Assembly: GCA_963815455.1 (NCBI GenBank)
Contig: CAWFGO010000001.1
Location: forward strand, 1,632,001 to 1,696,000
Reading direction: 5' to 3'
DNA: 64,000 nt
Origin: an uncultured Verrucomicrobiae bacterium
GTDB lineage: Bacteria; Verrucomicrobiota; Verrucomicrobiia; Chthoniobacterales; UBA10450
The position numbers and the translations under genes were made by a program. The notes under the pieces are model-generated. The model had not been told where the DNA came from and did no database searches. It saw only the letters and a list, made by a program, of their open reading frames with translations. Below are positions 9,452 to 18,496 of the stretch, in pieces (position 1 is the stretch's first letter; every line of letters begins with the position of its first letter).

Positions 9452-9634
9452 TTATTTTTCCTTTTTGTTGTAGGTTAGTTGTTGTGGTTCAGTTGCGCCG
9501 AACAACAACCGACGACCCCCCGAGACGTTGGCCTTTGGGATCAGGTCGTCCAAGCGGATCAATTTTTCTTTCTTTCGCCTTTGCTTTCGAATTCCTGATT
9601 CTCCAGCAGCAGCATTTATGTTGTCTTTCGGCAT
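9452..9634 (-). CDS. Second small peptide with internal double-glycine leader motif
   Basis: ...LIRLDDLIPKANVSGG|RRLLFG...; shares DL.P...[AV].GG with its neighbour; stop 1 nt before the next ATG. Confidence 0.7.
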   Translation of the reverse strand: MPKDNINAAAGESGIRKQRRKKEKLIRLDDLIPKANVSGGRRLLFGATEPQQLTYNKKEK

Positions 9635-9655
9635 ACTTTGTTAACGAATCCCATT

Positions 9656-9672
9656 ATCAGTATCCATGCCAG
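9656..9672 (-). promoter_or_regulatory. Putative sigma54 -24/-12 promoter for the peptide genes
   Basis: CTGGCATGGATACTGAT matches YTGGCACG-N4-TTGCW spacing (GG-N10-GA, non-canonical -12), about 20 nt upstream of ATG9634. Confidence 0.6.
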
Positions 9673-9796
9673 TGTGGACTCGGCGCCAAAATAGGAGAGT
9701 AATCCGGTGCGAGCATCTGCTTTGTCTTCAGTAATTTACAACTAATTACAATTTCTCGGAATGGCGCATGCGAAGACAAAAAATCGAACACAGCGT

Positions 9797-9815
9797 TGGC
9801 CTCGATCTGAGTCCA
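9797..9815. promoter_or_regulatory. Putative activator binding site (palindrome)
   Basis: TGGCCTCGATCTGAGTCCA; 15/19 identical to 16326-16344; about 130 bp upstream of the -24 element. Confidence 0.55.
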
Positions 9816-9843
9816 TCATAGTGCCATTATTAGACCAGCTCGC

Positions 9844-10842
9844 TCACTTTTGAGCCATCTTCTGAAGGTGCCGCGTAAGGGTTGCGCGAGAGATGCCAAG
9901 TAGCTTCGCCGTTCGTCGTTGATTCCGATTTGTTTGTTCGTAAACCCGGCTTACATGCCGGCGCACCGCGGCTACCAGCGAAAGATCTTGATCCGATCGA
10001 TCATGATTCTGACCCGGCTGCGAGGCCCGCTCGGATCGATCGTTGTTCGAAGAAGTGTCGGGCAGATCGGGAGGGAAAAGGACATGTTCCGGCAAGATGA
10101 CCGAGCCCTCGCAAAAAAGCGTCATGGTGCGAACCGTATGGTTGAGCTCGCGCAAATTCCCCGGCCAATGGTGGGCAGTGAGCCGCTGCATGGCCTCGGG
10201 ATGGATGGCGGTGATCTTCTTGCCTTCGTTTGCCGCCGCGGTTCTGAGTTCGGCCGCGATGAGCGCGGGCAACTCTTCGATTCGTTCGCGTAACGGAGGA
10301 ATTAACAACGTCAGGCCGTTCAGTCGATGATACAAATCTTCCCGAAATTTTCCCTGGCGCACTCGCTCTCGCAGAGAGCAATTGGTCGCGCAGATGATCC
10401 GGGCTTCGCACTTGAGCAGCCGCTCGGAACCCAGGCGCTCAAACTCGCCGTATTCCAGGGCCCGCAAGACTTTCACCTGGGCCAGGGGGCTCATCTCGGA
10501 GATTTCATCGAGGAAAAGAGTGCCGCCGTGAGCGAGTTCAAATTTTCCTTTCACCGTTTGTTGGGCACCGGTAAACGCGCCGCGTTCGTGACCGAAAAGC
10601 TGGCTATCGAGGAGGGTATCGCTCATAGCCGACGCGTTAAACGCGACGAAAGGTTTGCCGGCGCGCGCCGAGGAATTGTGAATGGCGTGGGCAAGGAGCG
10701 TTTTACCGGTACCAGTTTCTCCCAGAAGCACAACAGGCACCGCGGATCTTGCAGCAAGGGCGGCCAGGCGAAGGCAACGAGCCATCGCTTCATTCGTCGT
10801 GGTCAGGGCCTCGACCGTGAGATTGGAAAGTGCCGGTTGCAT
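9844..10842 (-). CDS. Sigma54-dependent enhancer-binding protein lacking an N-terminal sensor domain
   Basis: GETGTGKT Walker [32 protein letters not shown]-terminal Fis-type HTH; only about 40 aa precede Walker A. Confidence 0.9.
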   Translation of the reverse strand: MQPALSNLTVEALTTTNEAMARCLRLAALAARSAVPVVLLGETGTGKTLLAHAIHNSSARAGKPFVAFNASAMSDTLLDSQLFGHERGAFTGAQQTVKGKFELAHGGTLFLDEISEMSPLAQVKVLRALEYGEFERLGSERLLKCEARIICATNCSLRERVRQGKFREDLYHRLNGLTLLIPPLRERIEELPALIAAELRTAAANEGKKITAIHPEAMQRLTAHHWPGNLRELNHTVRTMTLFCEGSVILPEHVLFPPDLPDTSSNNDRSERASQPGQNHDRSDQDLSLVAAVRRHVSRVYEQTNRNQRRTAKLLGISRATLTRHLQKMAQK

Positions 10843-10855
10843 CGGGTAAACGGAA

Positions 10856-12040
10856 TTACTCGCGCATATTTTCGCGCAATTGCTTGATCGGCTCGAATGC
10901 GTATTCAATCAGAGTGCGCCGGCCGACCACGATGCGCGCATCGCCTCTCATCCCGACGGACAGGGCCAGCGGCTTGCGGCGCTTGGTGGAGTTGGTCTCA
11001 TCCAGCAAAGCCAATCCCACAAAATGCGGCCCGTCGGCCGAGGAAACGGCAGAGGGACTGACCCAGGAAAGTTTTGCATCCACCGCGCCATAGCGCTGGT
11101 AAGGAAACGCTTCGAAAAACAGGCGGACGCGTTGGTCAGCTTTCAACTTCGGAATTGCGGTTTCGTTGAAGGTTAATCGGGCCCGAACGCTGGATTTTAG
11201 CCGGGCCAGCTGACACAGTTCCTGGCCGCTTTGGACGACGCTGCCGGGGCTGCGTTGCGTCAGGGAGAGAACGACGGCGTCATATGGGGCCCGGATCGAC
11301 AACAGGTTCTGGTCCGAATTCACCAGATCGCCCTTGAGTGCGGACATTCGCATTTTCAGCTTTTCGATCTCGGCAACTTCCTCGCCACGCTTACGCGAGT
11401 GTTCCACCTCCATTCGCTTCCGATCCAGCTTCACCTGTTGCAGCGTCCGCTGCGAAACGCTCAAATCTTTTTCGGATGCCGCCAGATCGAGCCGGAGCCG
11501 GATTAGCTCGACCTGCGAAATACCGCCGCTCGCAGAGAGCGTTTCCATTCGATTAACCAAATCCTTGCTGCTGGCCACGTGTTTTTCCCGAAATTTCACT
11601 TCGCTTTCGGCCTGCCCGATTTCCGCCAATTTAATTTCGAGCTCTGATTTGTAAGCGGCATCGGCCTTGGAAAGGCTCTGCTCACGTGTCCGCAAGTCCT
11701 CGGCGTAGGTTCGTGAATCGGTGCTCAGGCCGCGGATCTCATCAGAACGCAACACGAACAATTGATCGCCTTTCTTCACCTGCTGGCCTTCCGCCACTCC
11801 AATCTGAGTCACAACGGCGAGACGCGGCGATTGAATTGGGTCGGCGCCTTCTTTTGGAATCAGGATAAATGGAGCGTTGACAGTCTCGGGAAGGTGAATG
11901 GTTATTGCGGCGAACAACCCGGCGAAAAACATTGCGATCAAAAGCCAGGCAATGAGCCTCATGATCCTGGGAGGCGGATCCTGGGGCAACATTTCCGACT
12001 CGACCGCCTTGGCGCCGCGTTGAGTTGCAGTTGCGCTCAT
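10856..12040 (-). CDS. HlyD-family membrane fusion protein
   Basis: N-terminal TM helix, V.EGQ.VKKGD.L hybrid motif, coiled coil, [26 protein letters not shown]. Confidence 0.9.
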   Translation of the reverse strand: MSATATQRGAKAVESEMLPQDPPPRIMRLIAWLLIAMFFAGLFAAITIHLPETVNAPFILIPKEGADPIQSPRLAVVTQIGVAEGQQVKKGDQLFVLRSDEIRGLSTDSRTYAEDLRTREQSLSKADAAYKSELEIKLAEIGQAESEVKFREKHVASSKDLVNRMETLSASGGISQVELIRLRLDLAASEKDLSVSQRTLQQVKLDRKRMEVEHSRKRGEEVAEIEKLKMRMSALKGDLVNSDQNLLSIRAPYDAVVLSLTQRSPGSVVQSGQELCQLARLKSSVRARLTFNETAIPKLKADQRVRLFFEAFPYQRYGAVDAKLSWVSPSAVSSADGPHFVGLALLDETNSTKRRKPLALSVGMRGDARIVVGRRTLIEYAFEPIKQLRENMRE

Positions 12041-12066
12041 GTTGATTTTTCGGTGATCAAACCACG

Positions 12067-15000
12067 TCAGATTCCTAATTGTTGGCTGGAGAGATAAAAA
12101 TAGAGGCCGCGCTGGGCCATCAGTTCGTCGTGCGTTCCGACTTCGGCCACGCTGCCTTTTTCCAGGACGACTATCGCGTGTGCCTCGCGAATCGTGCTCA
12201 AGCGGTGAGCGATCACAATAGTCGTGCGTCCGGCCATCAGTTTTCCGAGATTATCCTGGATCGCGCGTTCCGATTCCGTGTCGAGCGCGCTGGTGGCTTC
12301 GTCAAAAATTAGCACCGGCGGGTTATTGTAAATCGCGCGAGCAATCGCGACGCGCTGTTTCTGTCCGCCCGACAAAGTCAGTCCCGATTCGCCGATCTTG
12401 GTTTCGTAACCGAGCGGCAATCGCATGATGAAATCGTGCGCCGCCGCTGCCTGAGCCGCGGCCAGAACCCGATCCAGGTCCGGCTCGGCATCACCGAAAG
12501 AAATGTTGCGCGCGATCGTCTCGTTAAAAATGTGGTTCTCCTGCAACACCATTCCAATTTGGTGGCGGACGTCCCGATAATTAAGCGTCTTAAGATCGAC
12601 ATTATCGAACAGGATTGTTCCCTCGGTTGGTTCGAGCAGGCCGGCGATCAATTTGATGAGCGTCGTTTTTCCGCAACCGCTGCGGCCCACCAAGGCAATC
12701 ATTCGTCCCGGCGCAATATCCAGCGTGATGCCTTTCAAAATATCCGGCGATTCCGGCCCGCCGTATTTGAAGCCGACATTGCGTAACTCGATGCGGCCCT
12801 CCAGGCTGTGGACCGGTGTGAGCCGGGAGCGATCTCTTCCCTGCTCGGGTTCCTGTTCGAAAATGTCGTTCAACCGGTTCAGTAGAACGGAAGCGAATTG
12901 CAGGTTGTCCCAGACGCCGAGTGTTCGCATGATTCCTCCGTAGGCCATCGCGGTCAACGAACTAAAAGCAACGAAACCGCCGATGCTCAGGTTTCCCTGT
13001 ATGACCTGGTTTGCTCCGACCCAGAGAAAGATGGCGGTCGAAAGCATACCGATTGTTTGCAGGACACTGTCGTATGACATCACGATGAAGCTGCTCCGAA
13101 AGATTTTCTTCGACACGGCCAGGAATTCGTTGAGCATGGTGTCCCGAAAAACGGACTCGGCGGCGGCCGCCTTCACCGCCTCGATGCCTTTGATCGCATC
13201 GATCTGATGCGAGCTATACTTGCCCTGCGCTTCCTCGACCTCGGCAAACAATGGCCGCAGGACCTTCTTCGAAAAATACATCAGCCCGGCGTAAATCGGC
13301 GTGGTGACAAGAAAAGCCAGCATCAGGGACGGGCTGTAAACAAACATGAGCACGAGCGCGCCGGTGAGCTGCACAAGCGCCAGCAGCGCGCCGATTCCGT
13401 TGCCTACGGCGAATTGCCGGACCTGACGCGCGCCGTCCAACCGCCGCTGAATGTCGCCGGTGCGACGGCTGGTAAAGTAGGTCATCGGCAGAGACAAAAG
13501 CTGGCGGCTCAGGAAATCGAGGATCGCCGTGTCGAGGCGAACGGCCGCGAACGCGAGCAGGTATTCCTGGGCCAGGGCGGAGGCTTGAACAAAAAAGAGC
13601 GCCGCGCCCATGCCCAGCAGGATCGTTTTGAGAAGACCGATGTCCTTCTCGACGATCACCTTGTCCACCACCATTTCGGTAAAGATCGGGAAGAGCAATT
13701 GCAGGAAGCTCACCGCGACTGCCAGCAGGAGCACCTGCAAGAGAATGCGGCGGAACTTCGCGAAAAAGGGCATCAGCCACGCCAGAGTTGCCTTCGACTC
13801 GGGCGCTTTCTCGAACGCAATCGTGTAATCAAACAGCGCGGCATAACCCGACCAGCCTTGTTCGAAGTCTTTTCGCGGAATCCGTCTCAGCCCGAGGCCC
13901 GGATCCGCTACCCGGACGAATTTCTCATCGACATCGTAGAGGACCATCCAATGATTGCCCTCCCAATGAACGATGGCGGGCAACGGCATCTGCGGGAGAT
14001 TGCGCAACGAAACTTTTAACGCGCGGGCGGCCAGACCCAGCTCCGTCGCCGCCCGGCAAAGCGCCTTCAGGCTCGTGCCATCCGTGGCGGTGTGACAAAG
14101 CTGCCGGATGTACGCGAGGCTTACTTTGCGTCCGAAATGACGGCAGATCATGCCCAGACTCGCCGCGCCGCAATCCATCTCGTCGATTTGCTCGATATGC
14201 TCGAACTTGCGGATCGGTTTCTTCCGTTTGCGGAAAAGCCCTGTCTCGTCCGCGAATGGTTCCTCGCCATCTTTGCCGGGCGGGAGCGCGGCTTCTCCGT
14301 CCAGGGCCACCTTGTTCACGGTGGCGGTTTCGGCCGGCAAGTTTTCGACCGTAAAATCCAGCGGAATCCGCGCCTCGGTTTTTGCCTGATATTGCGCGAG
14401 GCGCTCTTCGAGCAGTTTTTGGAACTCCGGGAAGCGGTTTTTCAAATCGTGGACAGCGCTTGGCTCGAGCGCCAGCAAGCGACAATCGGTGAAAGCTTCC
14501 ACCGAGGCCGCCCGAGGCGACCCATTTAAGATCGACAATTCGCCAAAAAAATCGCCGTCCCGGTAGAACGCGAGATTGCGTTCGCGGCCGTTGTTCGCGA
14601 GAAAGGCCCGAGCCCGGCCTTTTTCGAGGATGAACATCGGCCCGGCGGGATCGCCCGCGCGAATGATGAGACCGCCTTTTTGGCAATCCATTGGGGTGAG
14701 ATTCTCGATCATTCCGCGCAAGGCCGCGGCGGGGAGCCGGCCGAAATTGCTGAACTCGTAAAGGAAACCCTGGAGCGCGCGCTGCCGTCCCATGATCTCG
14801 ATGTGGTGTTTTAGCTCAGGAACTTCCGCCACCAGTTGCAGAAAATCGTCGCGATCGAGTCTGATGACGTCGACTGCGGTACTGCAACGGACGCTGGCCG
14901 ATCGCGTGCCGCCCTCGGCCAGGGCTGCTTCGCCAAAAGTGTCGCCCGGCTTGAGCGTGCCCAACGGCAATTCTTGTCCATCCTGGGCCGTCTTGATTGC

Positions 15001-15180
15001 CCGTGCTCGACCGGATGTCAGCACGTAAAACGAGTCGGCCGGGTCGCCTTCTTTGACGATGATCTCGCCGAATTCGTAATGCTCTTCCTGCATCAACGGC
15101 ACGATTTTTTCGAAAATCTCGTCCGGTAGCAGCTTGAACAGCGAGGTTCGTCTTAGCAGAGCATCGTCGTAAGTTTTCAT
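12067..15180 (-). CDS. Peptidase-containing ABC transporter (2x cNMP-binding, C39, TMD, NBD)
   Basis: Two cNMP domains (FGE...R.ASV); QIDEMDCGAA Cys plus NHW and DPG residues; GRSGCGKT, LSGGQKQR, DEATS; ATGA overlap with upstream gene. Confidence 0.92.
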   Translation of the reverse strand: MKTYDDALLRRTSLFKLLPDEIFEKIVPLMQEEHYEFGEIIVKEGDPADSFYVLTSGRARAIKTAQDGQELPLGTLKPGDTFGEAALAEGGTRSASVRCSTAVDVIRLDRDDFLQLVAEVPELKHHIEIMGRQRALQGFLYEFSNFGRLPAAALRGMIENLTPMDCQKGGLIIRAGDPAGPMFILEKGRARAFLANNGRERNLAFYRDGDFFGELSILNGSPRAASVEAFTDCRLLALEPSAVHDLKNRFPEFQKLLEERLAQYQAKTEARIPLDFTVENLPAETATVNKVALDGEAALPPGKDGEEPFADETGLFRKRKKPIRKFEHIEQIDEMDCGAASLGMICRHFGRKVSLAYIRQLCHTATDGTSLKALCRAATELGLAARALKVSLRNLPQMPLPAIVHWEGNHWMVLYDVDEKFVRVADPGLGLRRIPRKDFEQGWSGYAALFDYTIAFEKAPESKATLAWLMPFFAKFRRILLQVLLLAVAVSFLQLLFPIFTEMVVDKVIVEKDIGLLKTILLGMGAALFFVQASALAQEYLLAFAAVRLDTAILDFLSRQLLSLPMTYFTSRRTGDIQRRLDGARQVRQFAVGNGIGALLALVQLTGALVLMFVYSPSLMLAFLVTTPIYAGLMYFSKKVLRPLFAEVEEAQGKYSSHQIDAIKGIEAVKAAAAESVFRDTMLNEFLAVSKKIFRSSFIVMSYDSVLQTIGMLSTAIFLWVGANQVIQGNLSIGGFVAFSSLTAMAYGGIMRTLGVWDNLQFASVLLNRLNDIFEQEPEQGRDRSRLTPVHSLEGRIELRNVGFKYGGPESPDILKGITLDIAPGRMIALVGRSGCGKTTLIKLIAGLLEPTEGTILFDNVDLKTLNYRDVRHQIGMVLQENHIFNETIARNISFGDAEPDLDRVLAAAQAAAAHDFIMRLPLGYETKIGESGLTLSGGQKQRVAIARAIYNNPPVLIFDEATSALDTESERAIQDNLGKLMAGRTTIVIAHRLSTIREAHAIVVLEKGSVAEVGTHDELMAQRGLYFYLSSQQLGI

Positions 15181-16268
15181 TGCGCGTAATTGAGCGGGCC
15201 CCGCCATTGGATGCGGTCGGCCACGAGCTGGCAGAAATGCCGATCAAGGATGGATTGGTCGATCCGGGCCTGAAGGGCCGGGTCATCCGCGTCGGGCGCG
15301 ATCTTTTTCATGATCCGGCACAACTGAAAACCGTCGCCGCGGGTCAGGGGCTCCAGGACTTTTCCGGGCGACACACTGAGAAACTTTTGCTGAAGTTCGT
15401 TGTCGATCTCCTGAAGCAGTAGCTCGACCCGGGTAAATGGATAACGCCCCTCCTTTGCCACTTCTTCCATCGACATTTCATCCTCGGTAACGCAGAGCGA
15501 TGCTTCCCGGGCCGCATCCATCGATTCCACTTCCACCATTTCCACTTCAAATCGCGTTAGCGGCAAACGCAATGCCGCCAGTTCGCTTTGACGCGACTTC
15601 GGATTTAGAAGCTGATCTCTTTTCGCATGCAAGATCGCCTCCATTCGCAGCATTTCATCGAGCCACTCCCGGTTCCGGCCAATGCCGGAAAGCCAGGCCA
15701 CCAATCCGGCCTGATCGATCCCGGTGCGTTCCAAAAAAGATTTCTCCTGCAACGCGATCGAAGCCGGATCGATCTCTTCGGCTTTCGATTCAAAAGCTGC
15801 GGCGACGCGCCAGCTGAGTTCCCTGGCCATCTTGTCGAACTCCCCGGAGAGAATGAGATCGATCTTCAGCAGATCGCGCAAATCCTCCGGTGCCGCAACG
15901 TAATCGATCGCCTTCGGCGCGACTTCGTCGTTCCAATGTTCGCCCCAATAGCGGCGCGCAAAATATTCTCCGAAATCGTCCAGGGTCAGGTCGCGCGCTT
16001 CGAGCCAATGCTCCGTCTCTTCCGCCGTGATCAGGTCATGGTCATAGCGAAATTCTTCCGCCGCCTGGTCCAGCGCGCCCTCCTCGATCTCGAGTTCATC
16101 GGCCTGGTTTTCACACTCGATGCTTCGCAGAAGTTCGTTCCAAATCGGCGCCAGATCGCCACGGAACAAGGCCGCATCGATCACATCCTTTTCCATGTAG
16201 GAAACGCCCTCACACGCGAAAATGGCGACCGGTTCTTTTAGAGTGGGCTGACTATCTTGGTTGGACAC
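15177..16268 (-). CDS. Acidic PpiC/SurA-like chaperone or maturation protein
   Basis: Repeated helical 'FR..HDL.TAEET..WL..R.LT' segments and a C-terminal parvulin-like G.V..P...G.GF..R motif; translationally coupled to the transporter. Confidence 0.6.
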   Translation of the reverse strand: MSNQDSQPTLKEPVAIFACEGVSYMEKDVIDAALFRGDLAPIWNELLRSIECENQADELEIEEGALDQAAEEFRYDHDLITAEETEHWLEARDLTLDDFGEYFARRYWGEHWNDEVAPKAIDYVAAPEDLRDLLKIDLILSGEFDKMARELSWRVAAAFESKAEEIDPASIALQEKSFLERTGIDQAGLVAWLSGIGRNREWLDEMLRMEAILHAKRDQLLNPKSRQSELAALRLPLTRFEVEMVEVESMDAAREASLCVTEDEMSMEEVAKEGRYPFTRVELLLQEIDNELQQKFLSVSPGKVLEPLTRGDGFQLCRIMKKIAPDADDPALQARIDQSILDRHFCQLVADRIQWRGPLNYAQ

Positions 16269-16325
16269 CAGCCCTGTCTCCTAACCGAAAGGGGCATACG
16301 AAGTCTAGCCTAAAAATGCGCCTTT

Positions 16326-16344
16326 TGGCCTTGTTTTGAGGCCA
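16326..16344. promoter_or_regulatory. Palindromic operator-like site upstream of the exporter operon
   Basis: TGGCCT-TGTTTTG-AGGCCA with perfect 6-bp arms; matches 9797-9815. Confidence 0.55.
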
Positions 16345-16375
16345 GTGGGCATTCCTGCCTCGGGCCCGCCCTCCC

Positions 16376-17413
16376 TCAGGACGATATCCTGCCCCAATCG
16401 AGCACGATCTTGCCGGAGTTGCCGGATTTCATTAACTCGATGGCTTCCTTGAATTCCGTGAAGGGAAACCGGTGGGTGATGACGGGTGAGATGTCGAGGC
16501 CGCTTTGAATGAGGGCGGTCATTTTGTACCAGGTCTCATACATTTCGCGGCCGTAGATTCCTTTGATCGTCAGCTGATTAAAAACGACGAGGTTCCAATC
16601 GATCGCAGCGCTTCCGGGCATGATGCCGAGCAGCGCGATTTTGCCGCCGTGAAACATGTTCGGCAAAATGTCGGCGAATGCTTTCGGATTGCCGGACATT
16701 TCAAGCGCGACGTCGAACCCTTCTCTCATGTCGAGCTTGTGCATGGCATCGGTGAGCTTCTCCGTGCGCACGTCCAGGGCGATATCGACGCCCATTTTGC
16801 GGGCGAGATCGAGACGATACGGATTCACGTCGGTAATCACCACGTGACGCGCGCCGGCTTTTTTGCAGATCGGAATAGCCATGCAACCGATCGGGCCGGC
16901 GCCGGTGATGAGAACGTCTTCGCCGACAAGATCGAACGAGAGCGCGGTGTGCACGGCGTTGCCTAACGGATCGAAACAGGAGAGCACATCGAGCGAGATC
17001 GAGGGATCGGCGTGCCAGCAGTTTGATTGTGGGATGGCCACGAACTCGGCGAACGCGCCCGGCCGATTTACGCCGACGCCTTGGGTGTTTGGGCAAAGAT
17101 GACGCCGCCCGGCCAGACAATTCCGGCAATGCCCGCACGTGATATGGCCTTCGCCAACCACGAGATCACCTTTGGCGAACCCTTTCACGTGATCGCCCAC
17201 ACCATCGACAACGCCGACGAACTCGTGCCCGATCGTCATCGGCACCGGGATCGTTTTCTGCGCCCAGGCATCCCAGTTATATATATGTACGTCCGTCCCG
17301 CAGATCGATGTTTTGACCACACGGATCAGCACATCATCGCCCGTGGCCACGGGAACCGGAACGTCCTCGAGCCAAAGTCCCGGATCGGCCCTCGACTTCA
17401 CCACGGCTTTCAT
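16376..17413 (-). CDS. tdh: L-threonine 3-dehydrogenase
   Basis: [62 protein letters not shown]. Confidence 0.95.
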   Translation of the reverse strand: MKAVVKSRADPGLWLEDVPVPVATGDDVLIRVVKTSICGTDVHIYNWDAWAQKTIPVPMTIGHEFVGVVDGVGDHVKGFAKGDLVVGEGHITCGHCRNCLAGRRHLCPNTQGVGVNRPGAFAEFVAIPQSNCWHADPSISLDVLSCFDPLGNAVHTALSFDLVGEDVLITGAGPIGCMAIPICKKAGARHVVITDVNPYRLDLARKMGVDIALDVRTEKLTDAMHKLDMREGFDVALEMSGNPKAFADILPNMFHGGKIALLGIMPGSAAIDWNLVVFNQLTIKGIYGREMYETWYKMTALIQSGLDISPVITHRFPFTEFKEAIELMKSGNSGKIVLDWGRISS

Positions 17414-17438
17414 TGTTTTTTGCACGACAGGGAGATTA

Positions 17439-17506
17439 TCCACAGATTTCGCAGATTCCTCAGCAAGAATTCTTAATTATCTGCGAAAATCTGCGTAATC
17501 TGTGGA
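17439..17506. repeat. Inverted 9-mer-periodic repeat (GCAGATTTC family)
   Basis: TCCACAGATTTCGCAGATT ... ATCTGCGAAAATCTGCGTAATCTGTGGA; partial copy near 6885-6904. Confidence 0.6.
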
Positions 17507-17538
17507 CAAAATTCTCTCCGGTCGGGATGATTCCAGCA

Positions 17539-18453
17539 ATGCCCGTGACGATTGAAGAATCCCAGCTGAAACCGACGAAACCGCGCTCCACGTTCATTTT
17601 GCGGTTCGTCAGCACGATCGGGCTCTGGGCGATCGCGCTGTTTATCGCGTTTTCCGGATACGAAATCCTGTTCTGGTTTCTGATCAGCGCCTTCGGATTG
17701 ATCGCGCTCTGGGAATTCTACGGCATGCTCGATCACGATCATCTGCCGAATTTCAAGATCACGGCGATGATCTGCGGCGCGTTCATGCTGGCCGGTAGTT
17801 TTTATTATTTCGCTCACGTGGGACCGGCCGGTTCCTACGACTTCGAGATCGCGGTCCTGGTTTTTTTTCTTTTGACCATGTTCGCCCGCCAGATGTTCGC
17901 CCGGTTGCGGGATGACGAGCCGCTCAAGACGATGGCGTATACGCTGTTCGGTTTGATGTATGTGCTTTGGCTTTTCAATTTCACGACCAAGATTGTTTAC
18001 CTGACGCCGCGCTCGACCGCCGGCATCGTGACGGGGCAATTTTACTGCCTCTATTTGATCGCGGTGACGAAATTCAGCGATATGGGCGCCTATCTGACGG
18101 GAAGTCTCATCGGCCGGCACCAGATGAGTCCGCACATCAGCGCGAAAAAAACCTGGGAAGGATTCTTCGGCGCGCTCATGTTTGCGCTCCTTTGCAGTTT
18201 GGCCTTGTTCAGTGTTATGCCCGGTCACTTGTCGATGTTGACCTGGACGCATGCCACCATCCTCGGTTTGCTGCTAGGATTCGCGGCGGTGATTGGCGAC
18301 CTGGCGGAGTCGATCATCAAGCGCAGCACCGGAGTAAAAGATTCCGGCAATCTGCTTCCCGGGATCGGTGGCGCGCTCGACCTGATCGACAGTCTCCTGT
18401 TTACGGCACCGGTCTTGTTTTTCTATCTCCGGCTGGTCATTCACGTGCCGTAA
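17539..18453 (+). CDS. cdsA: Phosphatidate cytidylyltransferase
   Basis: SDMGAY, SAKKTWEG, GDLAES.IKR...VKDSG..LPG.GG.LD..DS; precedes dxr. Confidence 0.92.
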   Translation: MPVTIEESQLKPTKPRSTFILRFVSTIGLWAIALFIAFSGYEILFWFLISAFGLIALWEFYGMLDHDHLPNFKITAMICGAFMLAGSFYYFAHVGPAGSYDFEIAVLVFFLLTMFARQMFARLRDDEPLKTMAYTLFGLMYVLWLFNFTTKIVYLTPRSTAGIVTGQFYCLYLIAVTKFSDMGAYLTGSLIGRHQMSPHISAKKTWEGFFGALMFALLCSLALFSVMPGHLSMLTWTHATILGLLLGFAAVIGDLAESIIKRSTGVKDSGNLLPGIGGALDLIDSLLFTAPVLFFYLRLVIHVP

Positions 18454-18496
18454 CAACCGCCGTGAACCGTTGTGACCGTTGTGTGATAGATTGAAA

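Noticed and set aside
9191..9478. Plus-strand (PAPAT)n ORF and the 9079-9702 Ser-rich ORF
   Set aside because: Antisense shadows of the GVAGA peptide; the RBS, leader motif, promoter, terminator and operon orientation all support the minus strand.
9238..9634. Lanthipeptide, thiopeptide or lasso peptide assignment
   Set aside because: The repeat core has no Cys, Ser or Thr and no modifying enzyme is encoded in the locus.
9811..9826. Second sigma54 promoter TGGCACTATGATGGAC
   Set aside because: Good -24 but poor -12 element; it overlaps the palindrome and is far from the start codon.
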